This document shows, one piece after another, positions 53,453 through 64,000 of a stretch of DNA of 64,000 bases. The stretch is from Haliotis cracherodii. Its lineage: Eukaryota. A model generated the notes under the pieces. That model ran no database searches, had not been told where the DNA came from, and worked only from the letters and a program-made list of their open reading frames with translations. The stretch lies in assembly GCF_022045235.1 (NCBI RefSeq), contig NW_027266284.1, positions 3,596,001 to 3,660,000 on the forward strand, written 5' to 3'. The translations under genes were made by a program, and so were the position numbers. The first letter of the stretch is position 1, and every line of letters starts with the position of its first letter.

Positions 53453-53599
53453 CTTATGCTCGGAGAGCTGTATGATCATAAAGTTACCAACCCTTTGAAC
53501 ATTACTTTAGTTTTATTAGGGCATGTCAGCTAGGTTTTGGAGGAACGCATCAGAGAGAAGGGGTGGCAGGAAAAAAACAGGAAAGGAGTTGGGGAAAAG

Positions 53600-54300
53600 T
53601 AGGGGAGGGAGGCAACATGGGAATGAGGGAGACAGAGGAAGTGAGGGAAGGAGGCAACATGGGAATGAGGGAGGCAACATGGGACTGGGGGAGACAGAGG
53701 ACATGAGGGAAGGAGGCAACATGGGAATGAGGGAGGCAACATGGGAATGAGGGAGACAGAGGACATGAGGGAAGGAGGCAACATGGGAATGAGGGAGGCA
53801 GAGGACATGAGGGAGGGAGGCAACATGGGAATGAGGGAGACAGAGGACATGAGGGAGGGAGGCAACATGGGAATGAGGGAGACAGAGGACATGAGGGAGG
53901 GGGGCAACATGGGAATGAGGGAGACAGAGGACATGGGGGAGGGAGGCAACATGGGAATGAGGGAGGCAGAGGACATGAGGGAGGGAGGCAACATGGGAAT
54001 GAGGGAGACAGAGGAAGTGAGGGAAGGAGGCAACATGGGAATGAGGGAGACAGAGGACATGAGGGAGGGGGGCAACATGGGAATGAGGGAGACAGAGGAC
54101 ATGAGGGAGGGAGGCAACATGGGAATGAGGGAGGCAACATGGGAATGAGGGAGACAGAGGACATGAGGGAGGGGGGCAACATGGGAATGAGGGAGACAGA
54201 GGACATGAGGGAGGGAGGCAACATGGGAATGAGGGAGGCAGAGGACATGAGGGAGGGAGGCAACATGGGAATGAGGGAGACAGAGGACATGAGGGAGGGA
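53600..54300 (+). repeat. 42-bp G/A-rich minisatellite (atgagggagggaggcaacatgggaatgagggagacagaggac)
   Basis: Direct tandem repetition. Confidence 0.95.
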
Positions 54301-54538
54301 GCAGCCGGCTTGAGGAAATATCAATTGGGAGGAGAGGAGCGAAAAGAGGATGAAAGAACAATACAGAATACGCAACAAATAGTATGGTGGGAGAGGACAG
54401 TCAGCAGGAAAGAGGGAATTGTAGGCAACAGTGAACATTAGTAATAGTAGGTTGGAGGAAGGGAACAGTCGTGACGAGGGTGGGAGAAATAGCGAAAAGC
54501 AAGAAAACGAAAGGAATAATAAGATGTGTTGTTATGTA

Positions 54539-54798
54539 TTGTTTGTTGTTTAACGCCGCACTTTGCAATATTCCAGCAAAATGACGGCGGTCTGTAAATA
54601 ATCGAGTCTAGACAAGACAATCCAGTGATTGATATCATAAACATCTATCCACGCAATTGTGAAACAATGACATGCATCAACCAAGTCAGCCAGCCTGACC
54701 ACCCGATCCCGTTAGTCGCCTCTTACGACAAGCATTGTCGCTTTTTAGGGAAAGCATGGGTTGCTGAAGACCTATTCTACCCCGGAATCTTCACGGGT
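54539..54798 (-). mobile_element. SINE family A, near full length
   Basis: Homologous to 4027-4264. Confidence 0.85.
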
Positions 54799-55299
54799 TC
54801 AGTAGAGGTGGTAACAGTAGGAGGATGGAGGACACAGGCTGATGAGAGGGGTCAGCAGGAATGAGGGAGGGAACATAAGGCCTGAAATGGTGATGCGTGG
54901 AACAGTCAGGATAAAAGAGAAAAAGTAGAGATCTGGAGGGTAAAAGTAGGGACGAGGGAGGGAACATTGGAACAGAAGAATCAGAAAGATGTGGATAGAG
55001 GAAGGTGACAAGGATATCTGAAAATGGCTCTTCGCTAAAACTATGAAGATACTGTTGCAAGTCATTGCTAATCCATGGAGTAACGGTGCAGGTACCAAGT
55101 AAGGCCCTATCATTACAAAGTGCGAGTTAATGTAAATCAGACAACTTCCATAACCTTTTAACATGCAGTTTGATATATTCTGGGGTAATGTATGTCTTTT
55201 ACAAATTATATTCTGAGAGGCTATGTGTCGGACGAGATACCAGCCATCGTAATATGAAGCAAGCTGTGTTTTTAAAATGATTATCTTCTTTGAGATTCC

Positions 55300-55552
55300 T
55301 GGTTAAAATCGGTCAACAGCAACGTATGCTTAGACTAGTTAGAAGTGTCGATATGGATGGGGTGATCAAGCTCGGTGATTGATTGATTGCGTGCCATCGT
55401 ACCGGACGGCGTGTATCGTTGATAATAATATTGATCACTAGATTGTCCGGCCCATACTCGATTTTTTTTTTTTTTTTTTTTTTTTGGGGGGGGGGGGGTC
55501 GCCTTTACATTGCTGTGATATAGTTGAGTGCGGCGTTAAACAACAAACAAGC
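55300..55552 (+). mobile_element. Degenerate SINE family A
   Basis: ggggtgatcaagctcggtga...cactagattgtccggccc...gagtgcggcgttaaacaacaaac. Confidence 0.65.
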
Positions 55553-56149
55553 AGACTTTGTAATGAATACATTGTTTTGCAATGACCTAGACATACATAC
55601 ACCCAAGAACAGCTTTCTCTGGCTGTCTCTAAGCCCGATTTCATCAGATATATGTTACAAGTACAATGGTTGTTGAGTATGTATGAATAGTGCTCAGTAG
55701 ATGGCCACCAAAAATAACTAACATAGTTGAACCTCTTGCTTGGTTACTTGACTGTCAGTCTGCATTGCGGATATCAAATATTTCTGAGCTAATGTATCAG
55801 AAAAATAGCAACATAGCTTTGATTCATACGACACCAATACGTAGTATTTTCAGACATGCAATGACAAATGTGTATTTGTATGAGAATATCTTTTAATTTT
55901 TGGCCAATGACACAAGATTATGACACGTCACATATTCACATATGATATGTACATGTTTCGCCACACTGACCACGCAATTAAACTTTATTAGCCGAAAGAC
56001 GACATAACTACAGTCTGCAAAGAGACATTAAACAATAGCGTAAGCATAATTTTTGCATAACATGCATTTCAATTCCATCCTAAATAAACAGCCCCCAACC
56101 TCCTCTCACAGCCGCCCATTTCCACTCTTCAAAAGTAATTACAAAAAAG

Positions 56150-59100
56150 TACAGTGGATAGGGTAGTGTAGGACAGTACAGAGTAGGGTATTATATGACA
56201 ATACAAAGTGGGGTAGAGAACGAAAGTACAGAGTAGGATAGAGTAGGACAGTACAGAGTAATGTGGTGTATGACAGAAGACAGTTGGGTAGAGTAAGACA
56301 GTACAGAATAGGGAAGAGTAAGACAGTACAGAGTAGGGTAGAGTAGGACAGTACAGAGTATGATAGAGTAAGACAGTATAGGGTAGGGTAGAGTAGGAAG
56401 GTACAGAGCAGTGTAGAGTAAGACAGTACAGAGTAGGATAGAGTAGGACACTACAGAGTAGGGTAGAGTAGGACAGTACAGAGTAGGGTAGAGTAGGACA
56501 CTACAGAGTAGGGTAGAGTAGGACAGTACAGAGTAGGGGAGAGTAAGACAGTACAGAGTAGGATAGAGTAAGACAGTACAGAGTAGGGTAGAGTAGGACA
56601 GTACAGAGTAGGGGAGAGTAGGACAGTACAGAGTAGGGGAGAGTAGGACAGTACAGAGTAGGGGAGAGTAGGACAGTACAGAGTAGGGGAGAGTAGGACA
56701 GTACAGAGTATGATAGAGTAAGACAGTATAGGGTAGGGTAGAGTAGGAAGGTACAGAGTAGTGTAGAGTAAGACAGTACAGAGTAGGATAGAGTAGGACA
56801 CTACAGAGTAGGGTAGAATAGGACAGTACAGAGTAGGGTAGAGTAGGACAGTACAGAGTAGGGGAGAGTAAGACAGTACAGAGTAGGATAGAGTAAGACA
56901 GTACAGAGTAGGGTAGAGTAGGACAGTACAGAGTAGGGGAGAGTAGGACAGTACAGAGTAGGGGAGAGTAGGACAGTACAGAGTAGGGGAGAGTAGGACA
57001 GTACAGAGTAGGGGAGAGTAGGACAGTACAGAGTATGATAGAGTAAGACAGTATAGGGTAGGGTAGAGTAGGAAGGTACAGAGTAGTGTAGAGTAAGACA
57101 GTACAGAGTAGGATAGAGTAGGACACTACAGAGTAGGGTAGAGTAGGACAGTACAGAGAGGATAGAGTAAGACAGTACAGAGTAGGGCAGAGTAGGACAG
57201 TACAGAGAGGATAGAGTAAGACAGTACAGAGTAGGACACTACAGAGTAGGGTAGAGTAGGAGAGTACAGAGTAGGGTAGAGTAAGACAGTATAGGGTAGG
57301 GGTAGAGTAGGACAGTACAGAGTAGGGGAGAGTGGGACAGTACAGAGTAGGGTAGAGTGGGACAGTACAGAGTAGGGGAGAGTAGGACAGTACAGAGTAG
57401 GGGAGAGTAGGACAGTACAGAGTAGGGGAGAGTAGGACAGTACAGAGTAGGGGAGAGTAGGACAGTACAGAGTAGGGGAGAGTAGGACAGTACAGAGTAG
57501 GGGAGAGTAGGACAGTACAGAGTAGGGGAGAGTAGGACAGTACAGAGTATGATAGAGTAAGACAGTATAGGGTAGGGTAGAGTAGGAAGGTACAGAGTAG
57601 TGTAGAGTAAGACAGTACAGAGTAGGATAGAGTAGGACACTACAGAGTAGGGTAGAGTAGGACAGTACAGAGAGGATAGAGTAAGACAGTACAGAGTAGG
57701 GCAGAGTAGGACAGTACAGAGAGGATAGAGTAAGACAGTACAGAGTAGGACACTACAGAGTAGGGTAGAGTAGGACAGTACAGAGTAGGGTAGAGTAAGA
57801 CAGTATAGGGTAGGGGTAGAGTAGGACAGTACAGAGTAGGGGAGAGTGGGACAGTACAGAGTAGGGTAGAGTAGGACAGTACAGAGTAGGGGAGAGTAGG
57901 ACAGTACAGAGTAGGGGAGAGTAGGACAGTACAGAGTAGGGGAGAGTAGGACAGTACAGAGTAGGACAGTACAGAGCAGGGTAGAGTAGGACAGTACAGA
58001 GTAGGACAGTACAGAGTAGGACAGTACAGAGCAGGGTAGAGTAGGACAGTACAGAGGAGGGTAGAGTAGGACAGTACAGAGTAGGACAGTACAGAGTAGG
58101 GGAGAGTAGGACAGTACAGAGTAGGGTAGAGCAGGACAGTACAGAGTAGGACAGTACAGAGTAGGACAGTACAGAGTAGGACAGTACAGAGTAGGGTACA
58201 GTAGGACAGTACAGAGGAGGGTAGAGTAGGACAGTACAGAGTAGGGTAGAGTAGGACAGTACAGAGTAGGACAGTACAGAGTAGGGTAGAGTAGGACAGT
58301 ACAGAGTAGGACAGTACAGAGTAGGGTACAGTAGGACAGTACAAAGTAGGACAGTACAGAGTAGGACAGTACAGAGTAGGACAGTACAGAGTAGGACAGT
58401 ACAGAGTAGGGTACAGTAGGACAGTACAGAGTAGGACAGTACAGAGTAGGGGAGAGTAGGACAGTACAGAGTAGGACAGTACAGAGCAGGGTAGAGTAGG
58501 ACAGTACAGAGCAGGGTAGAGTAGGACAGTACAGAGTAGGACAGTACAGAGCAGGGTAGAGTAGGACAGTACAGAGGAGGACAGTACAGAGGAGGGTAGA
58601 GTAGGACAGTACAGAGTAGGACAGTACAGAGCAGGGTAGAGTAGGACAGTACAGAGTGGGGTAGAGTAGGACAGTACAGAGTAGGGTAGAGTAGGACAGT
58701 ACAGAGTAGGGTAGAGTAGGACAGTACAGAGCAGGGTAGAGTAGGACAGTACAGAGTAGGACAGTACAGAGGAGGGTAGAGTAGGACAGTACAGAGTAGG
58801 ACAGTACAGAGTAGGGTAGAGTAGGACAGTACAGAGTGGGGTAGAGTAGGACAGTACAGAGTAGGGTAGAGTAGGACAGTACAGAGTGGGGTAGAGTAGG
58901 ACAGTACAGAGTAGGGTAGAGTAGGACAGTACAGAGTAGGACAGTACAGAGTAGGGTAGAGTAGGACAGTACAGAGTAGGACAGTACAGAGTAGGACAGT
59001 ACAGAGTAGGACAGTACAGAGTAGGACAGTACAGAGGAGGGTACAGTAGGACAGTACAGAGTAGGACAGTACAGAGTAGGACAGTACAGAGTAGGACAGT

Positions 59101-62100
59101 ACAGAGTAGGGTAGAGTAGGGGAGAGTAGGACAGTACAGAGTAGGACAGTACAGAGTAGGACAGTACAGAGTAGGGGAGAGTAGGACAGTACAGAGTAGG
59201 ACAGTACAGAGTAGGACAGTACAGAGTAGGGTACAGTAGGACAGTACAGAGTAGGGTACAGTAGGACAGTACAGAGTAGGGTACAGTAGGACAGTACAGA
59301 GTAGGGGAGAGTAGGGTAGAGTAGGACAGTACAGAGTAGGGTACAGTAGGACAGTACAGAGTAGGACAGTACAGAGTAGGACAGTACAGAGTAGGGGAGA
59401 GTAGGACAGTACAGAGTAGGACAGTACAGAGTAGGGTACAGTAGGACAGTACAAAGTAGGACAGTACAGAGTAGGACAGTACAGAGTAGGACAGTACAGA
59501 GTAGGACAGTACAGAGTAGGGTACAGTAGGACAGTACAGAGTAGGACAGTACAGAGTAGGGGAGAGTAGGACAGTACAGACTAGGACAGTACAGAGCAGG
59601 GTAGAGTAGGACAGTACAGAGCAGGGTAGAGTAGGACAGTACAGAGTAGGACAGTACAGAGCAGGGTAGAGTAGGACAGTACAGAGGAGGACAGTACAGA
59701 GGAGGGTAGAGTAGGACAGTACAGAGTAGGACAGTACAGAGCAGGGTAGAGTAGGACAGTACAGAGTGGGGTAGAGTAGGACAGTACAGAGTAGGGTAGA
59801 GTAGGACAGTACAGAGTAGGGTAGAGTAGGACAGTACAGAGCAGGGTAGAGTAGGACAGTACAGAGTAGGACAGTACAGAGGAGGGTAGAGTAGGACAGT
59901 ACAGAGTAGGACAGTACAGAGTAGGGTAGAGTAGGACAGTACAGAGTGGGGTAGAGTAGGACAGTACAGAGTAGGGTAGAGTAGGACAGTACAGAGTGGG
60001 GTAGAGTAGGACAGTACAGAGTAGGGTAGAGTAGGACAGTACAGAGTAGGACAGTACAGAGTAGGGTAGAGTAGGACAGTACAGAGTAGGACAGTACAGA
60101 GTAGGACAGTACAGAGTAGGACAGTACAGAGTAGGACAGTACAGAGGAGGGTACAGTAGGACAGTACAGAGTAGGACAGTACAGAGTAGGACAGTACAGA
60201 GTAGGACAGTACAGAGTAGGGTAGAGTAGGGGAGAGTAGGACAGTACAGAGTAGGACAGTACAGAGTAGGACAGTACAGAGTAGGGGAGAGTAGGACAGT
60301 ACAGAGTAGGACAGTACAGAGTAGGACAGTACAGAGTAGGGTACAGTAGGACAGTACAGAGTAGGGTACAGTAGGACAGTACAGAGTAGGGTACAGTAGG
60401 ACAGTACAGAGTAGGGGAGAGTAGGGTAGAGTAGGACAGTACAGAGTAGGGTACAGTAGGACAGTACAGAGTAGGACAGTACAGAGTAGGACAGTACAGA
60501 GTAGGGGAGAGTAGGACAGTACAGAGTAGGACAGTACAGAGTAGGACAGTACAGATTAGGGTAGAGTAGGACAGTACAGAGTAGGGTAGAGTAGGACAGT
60601 ACAGAGGAGGGTAGAGTAGGACAGTAGAGAGGAGGGTAGAGTAGGACAGTACAGAGTAGGGTAGAGTAGGACAGTACAGAGGAGGGTAGAGTAGGACAGT
60701 ACAGAGAAGGGTAGAGTAGGACAGAACAGAGGAGGGTAGAGTAGGACAGTACAGAGGAGGGTAGAGTAGGACAGTACAGAGGAGGGTAGAGTAGGACAGT
60801 ACAGAGGAGGGTAGAGTAGGACAGTACAGAGTAAGGTAGAGTAGGACAGTACAGAGGAGGGTAGAGTAGGACAGTACAGAGTAGGACAGTACAGAGTAGG
60901 ACAGTACAGAGTAGGACAGTACAGAGTAGGGGAGAGTAGGACAGTACAGAGTAGGGTAGAGTAGGACAGTACAGATTAGGGTACAGTAGGACAGTACAGA
61001 GTAGGGTAGAGTAGGACAGTACAGAGTAGGGTAGAGTAGGACAGTGCAGAGAAGGGTAGAGTAGGACAGTACAGAGGAGGGTAGAGTAGGACAGTACAGA
61101 GGAGGGTAGAGTAGGACAGTACAGAGTAAGGTAGAGTAGGACAGTACAGAGGAGGGTAGAGTAGGACAGTACAGAGTAGGACAGTACAGAGTAGGGGAGA
61201 GTAGGACAGTACAGAGTAGGACAGTACAGATTAGGGTACAGTAGGACAGTACAGAGTAGGGTAGAGTAGGACAGTACAGAGGAGGGTAGAGTAGGACAGT
61301 ACAGAGGAGGGTAGAGTAGGACAGTACAGAGTAGGGTAGAGTAGGACAGTACAGAGGAGGGTAGAGTAGGACAGTACAGAGGAGGGCAGAGTAGGACAGT
61401 ACAGAGGAGGGTAGAGTAGGACAGTACAGAGGAGGGTAGAGTCGGACAGTACAGAGTAGGACAGTACAGAGTAGGGTAGAGTAGGACAGTACAGAGTAGG
61501 ACAGTACAGAGTAGGGTAGAGTAGGACAGTACAGAGTAGGGTAGAGTCGGACAGTACAGAGTAGGACAGTACAGAGTAGGGTAGAGTAGGACAGTACAGA
61601 GGAGGGTAGAGTAGGACAGTACAGAGGAGGGTAGAGTAGGACAGTACAGAGTAGGGTAGAGTAGGACAGTACAGAATAGGGTGGAATAGGACAGTACAGA
61701 GGAGGGTAGAGTAGGACAGTACAGAGGAGGGTAGAGTAAGACAGTACAGAGGAGGGTAGAGTCGGACAGTACAGAGGAGGGTAGAGTAGGACAGTACAGA
61801 GTAGGGTAGAGTAAGACAGTACAGAGTAGGACAGTACAGAGTAGGACAGTACAGAGGAGGGTAGAGTAGGACAGTACAGAGGAGGTTAGAGTAGGACAGT
61901 ACAGAGTAGGACAGTACAGAGTAGGGGAGAGTAGGACAGTACAGAGTAGGACAGTACAGAGTAGGGGAGAGTAGGACAGTACAGAGTAGGGTGGAATAGG
62001 ACAGTACAGAGTAGGGTGGAATAGGACAGTACAGAGTAGGGTGGAGTAGGACAGTACAGAGTAGAGTGGAATAGGACAGTACAGAGTAGGGTGGAATAGG

Positions 62101-62706
62101 ACAGTACAGAGGAGGGTAGAGTAGGACAGTACAGAGAAGGGTAGAGTAGGACAGTACAGAGGAGGGTAGAGTAGGACAGTACAGAGGAGGGTAGAGTAGG
62201 ACAGTACAGAGTAGGACAGTACAGAGTAGGGGAGAGTAGGACAGTACAGAGTAGGACAGTACAGAGTAGGGGAGAGTAGGACAGTACAGAGTAGGGTGGA
62301 ATAGGACAGTACAGAGTAGGGGAGAGTAGGACAGTACAGAGTAGGGTGGAGTAGGACAGTACAAAGTAGGGTAGAGTAGGTCAGTACAAAGTAGGGTAGA
62401 GTAGGACAGTACAGAGGAGGGTAGAGTAGGACAGTACAGAGTAGGGTAGAGTAGGACAGTACAGAGGAGGGTAGAGTAGGACAGTACAGAGGAGGGTAGA
62501 GTAGGACAGTACAGAGTAGGACAGTACAGAGTAGGGGAGAGTAGGACAGTACAGAGTAGGACAGTACAGAGTAGGGGAGAGTAGGACAGTACAGAGTAGG
62601 GTGGAGTAGGACAGTACAAAGTAGGGTAGAGTAGGTCAGTACAAAGTAGGGTAGAGTAGGACAGTACAAAGTAGGGTAGAGTAGGTCAGTACAGAGTAGG
62701 GTAGAG
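56150..62706 (+). repeat. ~6.5-kb pentamer-based satellite (GAGTA/GGGTA/GGACA/GTACA; 15- and 25-bp units)
   Basis: Direct. Source of the 1657-aa and other YCPTL pseudo-ORFs. Confidence 0.97.
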
Positions 62707-63269
62707 CAACTCGCACAAATTCTCAAAGTCGTAAACGATACGCAACACTTGTCTGGGTCCTACTCCAGTGCAATCTGTCAAAATGGCTGTCACACAGGAA
62801 TAAGTTAAGCGTTGTCATGACGCCACAAGTATCGATAACACTGCGCATGTGTGCACTTTCGACATTTCTTGACTTCTGTCTGCCGACTACCTATGAAAGA
62901 GTTATTTAATGTTAACTATCACTTCGGAAGGAAAAAAAAGCCGTTCATGTGATCAAGGTTAATGTTGAGGTCATTTCTAAGGGACGGTACTCACAATAAC
63001 AGCACATAATTAGAGTTCCCTCCCTGAATGTGATTTTACCACCGCTTCTATTACTATCCTCAGCATCATTTACTGAATTCGAAGCAGTACATAATTTATC
63101 AATTTGTACATCCCTGTACCCTACTTGGTGAGGACCGAGCAGTGCTGAGGGAGTGGGATCATTCTACACCTTTACTACCTTCTGCGATGTTTCCTCCAGA
63201 AAGTGTATCTAGTAGTCACTCTCATACTATGATTTTAGTTGTGTGGTGCACTAGTACGAGGCTCTATGA

Positions 63270-63500
63270 AAAGTCTCCTTGGGCAGCCAGAAACCTATCA
63301 TTGTGGGTTCGAATCCCGGTTCGCCCCGATTATGTTTCTAGGTTTCTCTACATCATTCCCGTGCTCGTTGGTTTCACCGAAGTGGTAAACGTCTGTGACC
63401 TGCTTCACTTCGGGTTATCCTCCCACATTAAGCTGACACGCCGTGATATAACTGGAATACTGTCCAATTTGCGTTAAACCCAAGTCACTCACTCATTCAC
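63270..63500 (+). mobile_element. SINE family B long form
   Basis: gtgggttcgaatcccgg B-box; body shared with 22250-22362; cactcactcattcac tail. Confidence 0.8.
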
Positions 63501-64000
63501 TATATGGATAGTACTCATTCATGATTTCAGCAAACAAATAAAGAGTAGTGATCAATCAATCAGACCTTTTTCAATCCACAAGGATAATATTTATTTATTT
63601 TTAATCACCGAATCGCTTGACTAAGGATCTGCTTGTCGCCATGATAATATATCGCCTCGTACATGGTGAGCTTTGTTTGTGGAACTTAGGTACCATTTTA
63701 TTATTTGTGTAACTGTAACTATTACCCTGCTTTAAACGATACAAACATACATCTGAATCTACGTCAAAGTATAAGATTCAGATGTAAAGGCTGCTTTCAT
63801 CGACAAAGATAGCCCAACGCTTTGTATATTGATATGTGTGTACACACTGATGTCAACCAAACGGCAACTTCATAACGAACAGCCGGTGCTTTGTATCGGC
63901 AGACACTAACCTTGATTTCAACCGAAGCACGAACATTAATAATTTCACTACGCGGCGATGAGACAAATAATTTTTTAAGTTCCATCACTTTGACACCAAA

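Noticed and set aside
56191-62726. Very long minus-strand ORFs (up to 1657 aa, YCPTL/SVLSY)
   Set aside because: Translation of a simple satellite that lacks stops on one strand; open in several frames.
63663-63671. ATG|gtgagc as a possible fifth tubulin exon 1
   Set aside because: An upstream ATG is nearby, there is no clear TATA or homology to the other promoters, and it cannot be supported within the window.

Overview
Eukaryotic (metazoan) genomic DNA. The SINE repertoire looks molluscan/gastropod-like, which is inference only. The window holds an alpha-tubulin gene cluster with three complete 3-exon genes: A on minus (23786-26242), and B (30499-37468) and C (45268-51779) on plus. Each has the classic ATG-only first coding exon. 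An orphan promoter plus ATG exon at about 2296 (minus) probably belongs to a fourth paralogue that continues off the left edge. The paralogues differ at tubulin-code sites: A has a rebuilt K40 loop, and B has an -ENLEY tail and RFX X-boxes in its promoter. They also show patchy gene-conversion-like identity. Roughly 30% of the window (my estimate) is unrelated mini/microsatellites, several apparently amplified in place from local sequence. The most striking case is a 2.3-kb G-rich 25-bp array whose first unit is the C-terminal-tail and stop-codon sequence of tubulin B. The rest is decayed TEs (I-group LINE, MULE, Tc1, MITEs) and many SINE copies. Nearly all long non-tubulin ORFs in the ORF track are repeat artefacts.
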